DNA of 64,000 bases from Oscillospiraceae bacterium (lineage in GTDB: Bacteria > Bacillota > Clostridia > Oscillospirales > Ruminococcaceae), in assembly GCA_009777155.1 (NCBI GenBank), contig WRMK01000002.1, positions 213 to 64,212 on the forward strand, in the 5' to 3' direction. The translations under genes and the position numbers were made by a program. The notes beneath the pieces were generated by a model. It made no database searches. It was not told the origin of the DNA and saw nothing but the letters and a program-made list of their open reading frames with translations. Each line of letters opens with the position of its first letter. Positions within the stretch are counted from its first letter, which is position 1. Shown here piece after piece: positions 34,471 to 42,740 of the stretch.

Positions 34471-35985
34471 TCACTTCAAAACAGGCGCAGCAGCATTCTC
34501 CCGTATCCCCCGATAAACCGCATAAAGCTTATCCCAAGTCGCGGCATTAACCGTCCCCGTCTGCGACAAGCCAAACGTACTTTGAAACGCGATTACCGCG
34601 TTCCTGTCGATACTGCCGAAGACGCCGTCAATCAGCACCGGCGGCACGCTCGGGTAGAACATCGAAACGACCTGCAAAATAAACTGCATTTCCATGACCG
34701 CATCCCCGCGTGAACCCTGCGACAATACGATGTTGGGCGGGGCCTCGCCGATTGTGTACCTTATGCCCTCGCCGTCCAACTCCGCAAGCCGCGACACTGC
34801 AACGAATATGCGCGAAATTGCGTTCCATGTAGTGCGGTCAACAACGCCGTCGGCGGGCAGATTAAACACCCGTTGGAAAGTTATGACCGCGTTCTGAGTT
34901 TCGGGGCCGAAATAGCCGTTCGGATTGGGAATTGCCGGGATTAACGGGTAGTTAATTTTTATGCGATTGAGGTCGTTTTGCATACGGCGAACCTTCTCGC
35001 TCTCGTCCCCCAAAGTCAGCGGTGTGCCGGGGAAGGACTCGGTTATACCGCGAACGGTCTCGGCGACTGATAATTGCAAATCGCGCGGGTAATAACTGCG
35101 GAGGATTTCAAGGGCGTTCAAGCCGCGGTTGGCAAGCGTCACCGTCCCCCACTGCGACATACCGGGGCAGGTCGAGGTCGTGCCGTTGCAATACTGTGTA
35201 AAATACGGATTGCGAAAGCCGAATCGATGTGCGTAGACGTTGAAATACTCGTCAACCACTTGGGCAATGCTCTCGTAAATCGGGCCGCCGTATCTGTAGT
35301 ATTGGTCGTAGCTTGTGCTATTCGTGATGTCGAAATTGTAGCCTCTTGAGGGGTACCACTCGGTGTAAATTCTATTAAGCGCGAAAGTAACAATCGCATG
35401 CACATTCGCCTTGAGCGACTCAAGCGGCCAAGTCGAATAAATCTCACTCGACGTCACATTTTTTATGTAGTCAATGAACGGTACGCGGACGTTCTGCGCC
35501 GTGGTGTCAAGCGGTCTGCCGAGGTGGACGGTTATGTAATCGGGGATAAAGACTTCCTTTGAGGCTCGCGCAATCGGCGGCGGAAATTTGCAGTTACCCT
35601 CACAAAATTCAAGGCTGACGGGTGCAATTTCGATTGTCACATCGGTCACAGGGCGGGCCTCACTCGCGAGCGGAAACATATTCACAGGCAGAATCGCCGT
35701 CTGTGTCTCGACTATCTCGACCCCGTCAATGTGCATTGTAACAAAGCCGTCCGCGGCTATATCGACGTCGCAAAACCCGTAAATCGGCGGCTTACACCCC
35801 GGTGTCAACGTGCAATTCACCGACACCCCCGGCATTGGCACGTCTTCGGTTTTGCCGTCGAGGTCGGTGTGGGTTTTATAGCTGTAAACGCCATCGGCGC
35901 GCCTTTGTTTTATGGTCACTTCGGCGTCGCTAATCGGCAGCGCGCCCCCCGCCGAAGCCTGTACCCTTAAATATCCTACTCCCAT
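34471..35985 (-). CDS. sleC: SleC-like spore cortex-lytic enzyme (two C-terminal PG_binding_1 domains)
   Basis: YITVHLG...IDYIKNVTSSEIYSTWP...ALNRIYTEWY...YNFDIT...YCNG core plus 2 x PG-binding repeats; start ATG 35985 behind AAGGAG. Confidence 0.7.
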   Translation of the reverse strand: MGVGYLRVQASAGGALPISDAEVTIKQRRADGVYSYKTHTDLDGKTEDVPMPGVSVNCTLTPGCKPPIYGFCDVDIAADGFVTMHIDGVEIVETQTAILPVNMFPLASEARPVTDVTIEIAPVSLEFCEGNCKFPPPIARASKEVFIPDYITVHLGRPLDTTAQNVRVPFIDYIKNVTSSEIYSTWPLESLKANVHAIVTFALNRIYTEWYPSRGYNFDITNSTSYDQYYRYGGPIYESIAQVVDEYFNVYAHRFGFRNPYFTQYCNGTTSTCPGMSQWGTVTLANRGLNALEILRSYYPRDLQLSVAETVRGITESFPGTPLTLGDESEKVRRMQNDLNRIKINYPLIPAIPNPNGYFGPETQNAVITFQRVFNLPADGVVDRTTWNAISRIFVAVSRLAELDGEGIRYTIGEAPPNIVLSQGSRGDAVMEMQFILQVVSMFYPSVPPVLIDGVFGSIDRNAVIAFQSTFGLSQTGTVNAATWDKLYAVYRGIRENAAAPVLK

Positions 35986-36093
35986 AATAAGTTTCTCCTT
36001 GTAGATGAATTTATTTATTATATGCAAAGAGGTGCAGTAACGTCCTAAGTCGCATATAATAAACAAATTCAATCAACAAGGAGCTGATTTTAT

Positions 36094-37044
36094 ATGAGAC
36101 CGGTACTCTCGGGTTACTGGCAGAGTTGGAATTTGCCCGGCCGTGACCGCGTGCCGATTACCTCGGTTCCAACCCTTTACAACGAAGTCATAATCGCCTT
36201 TGTCGCGCCGGACAGCCAAGGCGTTGTTAAGTTTGCTGGCCCTGATGTGCCGCTTCGCGACAACGTGCGGTATTTGCAGAGCCGCGGACAAAAAGTCCTG
36301 TTGTCAATCGGCGGCGGCGGGGTCACGGTGACACTCGATACCCCCGATAAAGTGCGGCGTTTCGGCGAAAGTTTGTATCAACTTTGCGTCAATCTCGGGG
36401 TTGACGGTATCGACATCGACGTCGAGGAAGGCATGGCAGTCTCGGGCAGTCCGTGGCACCCGACGGGCACTGTAAAAGGCGTGATAGACGGCGTTGACGC
36501 GGTTATGCACTCCTTCCCGCAAGGCTTCATGCTGACAATGGCGCCGGAAACGCTGAATCTTGTGGGGGCGATTGCGCGGTACGGCGGTGCGTGGGGCAAT
36601 TACCTCCCGATAATCCTCCACTTCGGCAACCGTATCACGCGGGTACACATGCAGTATTACAACAGCGGCTCGATGTTCGGGGTTGACAGGCGGCCGCACA
36701 ACGTAGGCACAATCGACTTCATCGTCTACCTAACCGAGGCGATTATCAAAGGTTTTCCCATAGCCGACACAGGCGTGGTTTTCCCCGGTCTGCCGCCTAA
36801 TAAAGTCAGCGTGGGCCTGCCCGCGACCCCACGCGCCGCCTACAACGGCTACTTAACAAACGCCGAAATCAACGAGGCATTTCGCCGCTTAGTGACGGGC
36901 TTCAGGGGTAATGACGTAATGTGCTCCACCCCATACAACTGCCTCGGCGGCTTGATGACGTGGTCTGTGCAGTGGGACGCGACTAATAACTACGACTTCG
37001 CGAGGAACGCGCAGTATAATGTTTTGCCGATGTTGAGCAGATAA
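36094..37044 (+). CDS. glycoside hydrolase family 18 (chitinase/SleL-like) protein
   Basis: DGIDIDVE matches the GH18 DxxDxDxE motif. Confidence 0.75.
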   Translation: MRPVLSGYWQSWNLPGRDRVPITSVPTLYNEVIIAFVAPDSQGVVKFAGPDVPLRDNVRYLQSRGQKVLLSIGGGGVTVTLDTPDKVRRFGESLYQLCVNLGVDGIDIDVEEGMAVSGSPWHPTGTVKGVIDGVDAVMHSFPQGFMLTMAPETLNLVGAIARYGGAWGNYLPIILHFGNRITRVHMQYYNSGSMFGVDRRPHNVGTIDFIVYLTEAIIKGFPIADTGVVFPGLPPNKVSVGLPATPRAAYNGYLTNAEINEAFRRLVTGFRGNDVMCSTPYNCLGGLMTWSVQWDATNNYDFARNAQYNVLPMLSR

Positions 37045-37051
37045 CAAAACT

Positions 37052-37080
37052 GTTGACAAAACAAGAAAACTATGATATAA
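37052..37080 (+). promoter_or_regulatory. perfect consensus promoter of vapBC
   Basis: TTGACA-17 nt-TGaTATAAT. Confidence 0.65.
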
Positions 37081-37132
37081 TACATGTATTGCCATGAGTG
37101 ATACATGTATTTTTTATAAAGGGGGTTGCAAC

Positions 37133-37441
37133 ATGGACTTGATGTGCAGGACGACTGTTTCGCAATTCGGAAACTCGTGGGCGGTTATTATCCCGAAAAC
37201 CGTTTCGGATTTACCGCCGAAATCGGAAATCGACTTGTTCAAAACCGACGAGGGGATTCTGATTAAACCGGTCGGCGAATGGTCGCTTGAAAAGCAACAA
37301 AAAGTAATAAACGACTTGCTTTTATTCGTGAATTCACCGGAAAACGACGAAGAACCCATTCCCGACAACTTCATCGAATTATATTGCACCGACGACAACA
37401 AGGACGACTTGGACTTCTCGGGATTGGAGGACGACGACTAA
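37133..37441 (+). CDS. vapB: AbrB/SpoVT-fold antitoxin (VapB-like) with an acidic tail
   Basis: GNSWAVIIPK swapped-hairpin motif; its TAA overlaps the vapC ATG (TAATG). Confidence 0.75.
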   Translation: MDLMCRTTVSQFGNSWAVIIPKTVSDLPPKSEIDLFKTDEGILIKPVGEWSLEKQQKVINDLLLFVNSPENDEEPIPDNFIELYCTDDNKDDLDFSGLEDDD

Positions 37442-37845
37442 TGTTTTATTCTCTTGACGCTTGTACCCTGATTTTATCGTTACGCAGTAACCCTAACGTC
37501 TATCAGAATATGAAAAGGGCAAATGAAAACAAAGATGTCGTTTTAATATCCCCAATGGCTTATTATGAGGTTTTGAGGGGTCTTTCAGACGTGAACGCCT
37601 ATGCAAAAATCGAGCGAATCCGAGCTATTTATGATGTTTCACAGCATTACCTCACACTCTCGGAAAAGCTCGTAATGGAAACGGCGGCGGGAATTTACAT
37701 CGACCTAAAGAAAAAAGGCTTCACCGTCGGCAGCAACGACATCATTATCGCGGCATGGACTATATTAGCGGGGGCAACCCTCGTGACCGACAACACCAAA
37801 GACTTCGAGAACATCAGCGGGCTTTCTATCGAGAACTGGCGATAA
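37441..37845 (+). CDS. vapC: PIN-domain toxin (VapC)
   Basis: Acidic residues at LD(5), YYE, SNDIIIAA and TDNTKDF. Confidence 0.75.
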   Translation: MFYSLDACTLILSLRSNPNVYQNMKRANENKDVVLISPMAYYEVLRGLSDVNAYAKIERIRAIYDVSQHYLTLSEKLVMETAAGIYIDLKKKGFTVGSNDIIIAAWTILAGATLVTDNTKDFENISGLSIENWR

Positions 37846-37852
37846 CTTTCTA

Positions 37853-37881
37853 TTGCATTCCCCCAAAAACTATGCTATACT
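37853..37881 (+). promoter_or_regulatory. sigma-A-type promoter of the large surface protein gene
   Basis: TTGCAT-17 nt-TGcTATACT. Confidence 0.5.
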
Positions 37882-37916
37882 ATAATAATAGTACAAAAAA
37901 ATCACGGAGGTATCCC

Positions 37917-40900
37917 ATGAAAAAGCGATTAATTTCCCTACTTACAGCCTTTGCAGTCATACTAAGCTTAGGCGGCATGCCCGCAATACACGCCCAAAGC
38001 GGCGATGCCTACTGGCGCGACTACTTCCCCGACACCTTTGGCGAAGCCGACTTTACTTACGGCAGCGAGGACTACATTACATGGCGATGGGACAACATAG
38101 ATTTAGTTGACGACATTATCGACTTCTTGTTAAGCGAAGGGTACGCTGAACACTCAGACCGTTTTTCTGACGGCTCAAACCAAACGGAGGAGTATACCGA
38201 GGTGACTAAGTACCCTATTATCCCGGATTACGACATTTCTTTCTCTATTGACTACTACGACGGCGACGGTAATTGGCGAATGGCAGTCTGCTATTACGAT
38301 GCCGAGTATGCAGAATGGTTCAAATACTTCACCGACACCGTCGGCAAAGCCCCCGACGACTTCACTTTCAACAGCGAAGGCAATCATAGGTGGGAATGGA
38401 ACAATGTAGATTTTCGCACACAGCTTCATAGCTTTTTCCTTTCGGATGGGCTGACTAAATTAACTGAAAATACTCTGACCTATGATAACGTCTACCCCCA
38501 AAAAACTATCGTGACTAAAGACAATGACGAGTTTCGGCTTACATATCAAGTCGGAGACCAAGACGGCACCACCGTATACACCTACATATACGGCGAGGGC
38601 GGCGAGAACTACTGGCGTTATTACTTCTCCCCCGTCGCAGACAACGACCCCTCCCCCTTTATTTACACCAACGAAGACGATATCCGCTGGGCATGGGACA
38701 ATGCAAACTATGTCGCTGAGATTGCATGGTTTCTGTCAATGCAAGGGTATTATCTCGTAGGCAAGGATTTCTATGAAACCGGAGGGACTGATGTCTATAC
38801 CGATGTATTCAAAGACGGCGACACTTTCAAGATTTATTACAACAACGGCAACGGCTATGAAGATATCTACATATATGAATACGGCAGGGCGGCCGAATGG
38901 AAAGGCTATTTCCTTTCAGCCACATACAGCGCACCCGACTTTTTCGTGTACGTAGACGAGAACAATATTTGTTGGGAGTGGGAAGATAAAAATTGGGTTT
39001 CGGACCTTGGAACGTTTTTACAACTCCAAGGCTATCGGCAAATTGATTTCGGGAGTAATCCCTTTGGTTCCTCTTATGAAGTAACTCAAGTAGATAAATA
39101 CTACGACACCTTTAGAATTACATACCACCCCGGCAACGATACTCGAGAATGGTTCACGTTCGGGTGGTACTGCCAACCATGTTTGGGCGGCGACCATGAG
39201 GATTGCGTGATTGACGGCTGTTGGTGCGGTTGCGGTGGCGGTGGCGGCGGTGACGACATCTGCGATGCTTGTTACTTCGGTCAGCATGCTTGGTGTTCGT
39301 TATATGAGGGTACTTCCTGCGCTTGCGGGTGCTTCATCTGCCAACCGTGTCGGGACGAAGAACACGAGGTTTGCGAATTCAAACTCTATGAAGCTCGCTG
39401 CGACTGTTGGTGCAACGACAACCCCGTCTACTTCCGACCCCCCTACCTACGCTCGGGCATGGATTACTATCTTTTGGATATTAAACAACTTCTTGACGAC
39501 GACGACGATGTATTCAAAATTTACGGGGTAGGCTTGACCCTGCTTGCAACCGATATTGATTCGTTTGATGGTAGTTTTAAGTTTATGGGTCTCGATGACA
39601 AAGATGACGTTACATTCGAGTTGGAAATTGATTTTGACGACTGTGATGTTACAGCACTTGAGGAGGGCATGTACCAGATAGAGTACACCCAAGACGAGCG
39701 GATTTTCTCCCTCGAGGACTGGTGTTACCGGCGCGACCTCATCATCAACTGCGATTCGGGCAGTTTCATGGTGCTTGCGGTGTGGTTCTTAGACGAAGAC
39801 GGCGATTTTATAGGCTCACCACTCTTTGTTGAAGACCCATGCGGCGGCAATGGCGGCTCAACCTGTCTCTGCGACGGTATAATGTCCTCATTTATGGAGA
39901 CGTTTGCGACTCTTTCGGGGGACTTTGTGGACTTGGGCTATGCGCTGTATACCTTAGACTTCATTTTCGGCTATTATTTAGACTGGGCTGTATACATGGC
40001 TGACTATTTATTTGAAGAATACGCCGAGGCTATCGTAGACCTATTCGGCGAGGATTGCATTTTTTACGACCCCTGCTTAGACCTCATCAACTGCGTACAG
40101 TGCAAGTACTTAGTGCTGTATTTTATGTATGATGACATCGGCGAGTTATCCCTGTTTGATTACTTTGTGCTAATGGAAGGTATCGCCGTCCCGCTTTTCG
40201 AGGCGATTGAGGGGGTCAACGCCGGGTATGCCTGCGAGTTTTGCGAGAGATTCCCCTGCATGTGTCAGGGGTTAATGAATGCTTTAGGCGCGATAATATC
40301 CGATGTCACGAGCGAACCGGTGCCACTGGTATCTCTTTGGGGAAACTTGGGTAGTCTTACTTGGCTTTTGGGTCAATGGATATTTATCCCGGACTACATG
40401 ACTTATGCCTATGGGTTGGAGATTGCGACTTTGATTGGGGGCTGTGAATGGGATTACGATGATGTTGAACAAAAAATGGTCGTCATTAATAACCCTTGCG
40501 ACCCGCATACCTGCATAGCTTGCGATTATTACGCAGTTGTAGATGAAATCTCTGTTTGGGAACCGGTGCCTTCTATAGGTTGGGCGTGGGTTTTGGAAAT
40601 GAACGCAGATGCGTACGCGAAATTGCAAGAGTTTGTACTCGAGCCGATTCTGAACGCAATCGACAACGTCAACGCCAACTTTGACGATGATAACTTCAGC
40701 TTAGACTTTATCCGCGGCAGTTTCGAGTATTTCATATCGGAAGAAATGTTCATGAGCAATTTTTACGACATAAACCCCGCCGAAATCGAGGCGGCGTTCA
40801 CAGTACTGCACGAAGCGGTTGACAGCGAGTGGGCGGTAAAACACTCTGAATTTTACACCGATTATGGTGCTAATAACTTCATATCTCTTATCGTGGCCTT

Positions 40901-41231
40901 TGAAGATTCCGAAGAATACGAGTTGTCCATCTTGTTTGAATGGAACGACACCAAAGACCCCGGAGAACTGCTCCTCATGCGGGTTAACGCTTACGTTTCA
41001 CTCGAAGATGAAACAGGGAATTGGATAGTGCAACCGGGCGTAAACCCCGGGCTTGACTGGAGCGAATTAAAGGCGATACTGAAATCCAACGGCGGCAAAT
41101 TCTACAGCACGTTCAGCGAGCCCGTCCCGACCGGCCTTGCCGACATGCGCGGCTTCACCGTAATCGCAATCACGCTAATCGCAGTCTCGGCGGGGCTGTT
41201 CATAAGCACTCGCCGCAGGCGAGTTAAATGA
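37917..41231 (+). CDS. 1104-aa secreted, highly acidic, aromatic- and Cys-rich cell-wall-anchored orphan protein
   Basis: Signal peptide MKKRLISLLTAFAVILSL; four N-terminal repeats of about 95 aa (W-x-W-D/E-N); CxC/CxxC-rich module; C-terminal PVPTG + TM + RRRRVK sorting signal. Confidence 0.8.
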   Translation: MKKRLISLLTAFAVILSLGGMPAIHAQSGDAYWRDYFPDTFGEADFTYGSEDYITWRWDNIDLVDDIIDFLLSEGYAEHSDRFSDGSNQTEEYTEVTKYPIIPDYDISFSIDYYDGDGNWRMAVCYYDAEYAEWFKYFTDTVGKAPDDFTFNSEGNHRWEWNNVDFRTQLHSFFLSDGLTKLTENTLTYDNVYPQKTIVTKDNDEFRLTYQVGDQDGTTVYTYIYGEGGENYWRYYFSPVADNDPSPFIYTNEDDIRWAWDNANYVAEIAWFLSMQGYYLVGKDFYETGGTDVYTDVFKDGDTFKIYYNNGNGYEDIYIYEYGRAAEWKGYFLSATYSAPDFFVYVDENNICWEWEDKNWVSDLGTFLQLQGYRQIDFGSNPFGSSYEVTQVDKYYDTFRITYHPGNDTREWFTFGWYCQPCLGGDHEDCVIDGCWCGCGGGGGGDDICDACYFGQHAWCSLYEGTSCACGCFICQPCRDEEHEVCEFKLYEARCDCWCNDNPVYFRPPYLRSGMDYYLLDIKQLLDDDDDVFKIYGVGLTLLATDIDSFDGSFKFMGLDDKDDVTFELEIDFDDCDVTALEEGMYQIEYTQDERIFSLEDWCYRRDLIINCDSGSFMVLAVWFLDEDGDFIGSPLFVEDPCGGNGGSTCLCDGIMSSFMETFATLSGDFVDLGYALYTLDFIFGYYLDWAVYMADYLFEEYAEAIVDLFGEDCIFYDPCLDLINCVQCKYLVLYFMYDDIGELSLFDYFVLMEGIAVPLFEAIEGVNAGYACEFCERFPCMCQGLMNALGAIISDVTSEPVPLVSLWGNLGSLTWLLGQWIFIPDYMTYAYGLEIATLIGGCEWDYDDVEQKMVVINNPCDPHTCIACDYYAVVDEISVWEPVPSIGWAWVLEMNADAYAKLQEFVLEPILNAIDNVNANFDDDNFSLDFIRGSFEYFISEEMFMSNFYDINPAEIEAAFTVLHEAVDSEWAVKHSEFYTDYGANNFISLIVAFEDSEEYELSILFEWNDTKDPGELLLMRVNAYVSLEDETGNWIVQPGVNPGLDWSELKAILKSNGGKFYSTFSEPVPTGLADMRGFTVIAITLIAVSAGLFISTRRRRVK

Positions 41232-41280
41232 GAATGCAGAATGCAAAATGCAGAAATAAGCGGCATACAAAGTTTATTTC

Positions 41281-41487
41281 CGACGGAGTTCGCCCCGCAC
41301 GCACAAATCCCACGGGCGGAATTCGCCCCGCACGCACAAATCCCACGGGCGAACGCAGTTCGCCCCTACAACATTAAAAATTATTAACGACATAAAAATT
41401 TTTTCAGCGTAGGGGCGGGTCACCACGGTTCGCCCGCAAGGCCCGCAAGACTTGGGCAGACGGACGCGCAATGCGCGCCCCTACATA
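41281..41487. repeat. REP-like hairpin cluster / inverted doublet
   Basis: cgggcgaacgcagttcgcccctaca - AT-rich spacer - gtaggggcg...; block repeated at 42470-42582. Confidence 0.85.
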
Positions 41488-41506
41488 GGGTTTCATGGAC
41501 TTAGTG

Positions 41507-41792
41507 GGGGCGGTGGGTCGGCATGGGGCAGGGGGTCTGTGTCTGCTCTACCTCAAAGAGCCACCAGCCCGCCACACAAGCTGTTCAGACTCCACTTTCT
41601 CGACATGAAACTTATCTCCTCACGACTTAATAAGTTTCATCTACATAAAAAGTCTGCACTCGCAAATGGGTATCTGCTACGTGATAACGGTTCGGCTCGA
41701 GAAGGTTAGACTTTATCAAGCGCAAAAGCGGGCGTGTGGCTCTTTGCGGTAGAGCAGACACAGACCCCCTGCCCCCTGCCGACCCACCGCCC
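41507..41792. mobile_element. long-arm hairpin element, copy A (about 286 nt)
   Basis: Self-complementary arms of about 60 nt around a core shared with copies at 49941-50275 and 52714-53034. Confidence 0.7.
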
Positions 41793-41844
41793 GACTACCA
41801 CCTCACATATTCACTTAATTAAATAGTAGAAAGGATTTAGAAAC

Positions 41845-42387
41845 ATGGCAGAATTAAAAGGCACAAAAACCGAGCAAAACTTAATGGAGGCGTTCGCGGG
41901 GGAGAGCCAAGCCCGCAACAAGTACACATACTACGCCTCAAAGGCTAAGAAAGAAGGCTATGAGCAGATTGCGGCGTTGTTCGAGGAGACCGCGCTGAAC
42001 GAAAAAGAGCACGCGAAAATCTGGTTCAAGTTACTTTCGGGCGGCGAAATACCCACAACTGCCGAGAACTTAAAAGCCGCCGCGTCGGGCGAGAACGCCG
42101 AGTGGACCGACATGTATAAGCGCATGGCACAGGAGGCCCGCGACGAGGGCTTTGCCGACATTGCGGCACTGTTCGACAAGGTCGGCGGCATCGAAAAAGA
42201 ACACGAGGAACGCTATCTGAAGCTACTCGCGAACCTCGAAAATGGCGAAGTCTTCACCAAAAAAGAAAAGGTCTACTGGATTTGCCGCAACTGCGGATAC
42301 ATCGTAAACAACGAGAGCGCGTTTGAAAAATGCGCCGTCTGCACCCACCCGAAAGCTTATTTTGAAATGCGGGCGACGAATTATTAA
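41845..42387 (+). CDS. rbr: rubrerythrin
   Basis: ExxH di-iron motifs and a C-terminal CxxC...CxxC rubredoxin-like domain. Confidence 0.92.
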   Translation: MAELKGTKTEQNLMEAFAGESQARNKYTYYASKAKKEGYEQIAALFEETALNEKEHAKIWFKLLSGGEIPTTAENLKAAASGENAEWTDMYKRMAQEARDEGFADIAALFDKVGGIEKEHEERYLKLLANLENGEVFTKKEKVYWICRNCGYIVNNESAFEKCAVCTHPKAYFEMRATNY

Positions 42388-42409
42388 TTGCATTGTTGCA
42401 ATGTGCAAT

Positions 42410-42582
42410 GTAGGGGCGGGCATTGCCCGCCCGAAATTTTTATGCGGCGTAATGCGATTGCGTGCATTGCACCGCACGCACACACATAAATCCCACGGGC
42501 GAACGCAGTTCGCCCCTACAACATTAAAAATTATTAACGACAGTAAAATTTTTTCAGCGTAGGGGCGAACTGTGTTCGCCCG
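42410..42582. repeat. REP-like hairpin cluster
   Basis: GTAGGGGCGGGCATTGCCCGCCCG plus an inverted GCGAAC doublet. Confidence 0.85.
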
Positions 42583-42597
42583 TAAGGCACGCAGGAC

Positions 42598-42652
42598 TTG
42601 GGCGTGCGATTCCTTTGCAGTGGCGCAGACATAGACCCCCACCCCCGCCTAC
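42598..42652. repeat. solo arm of the long-arm element family
   Basis: ggcgtgcgattcctttgc...gcgcagacatagaccccc resembles the right arms of copies B and C. Confidence 0.5.
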
Positions 42653-42691
42653 AGGTACTTCTAATTTATTTTCTCGCCCACAGGTATTTCT

Positions 42692-42740
42692 CATTATTCA
42701 CTATTCACTATTCACTATTCACTATTCATTATTCACTCAC
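42692..42740 (-). repeat. heptanucleotide array (7 units) overlapping the stop codon of the glucan-synthase-like gene
   Basis: Sense strand reads GGT GAG TGA ATA ATG AAT AGT GAA TAG TGA ATA GTG... Confidence 0.8.

Noticed and set aside
37755-37916. N-terminal extension of the 1158-aa ORF
   Set aside because: It overlaps the vapC 3' end and the intergenic promoter. The signal peptide starts at ATG 37917, behind a GGAGG SD.
41567-41735. The core of the long-arm element as a tRNA-like gene, group II intron domain V/VI or retron msr-msd
   Set aside because: ACGGTTCGGCTCG is only superficially T-loop-like and has no acceptor or anticodon arms. There is no GAGC...GUUC-type domain V hairpin. No reverse transcriptase gene lies adjacent to any copy.
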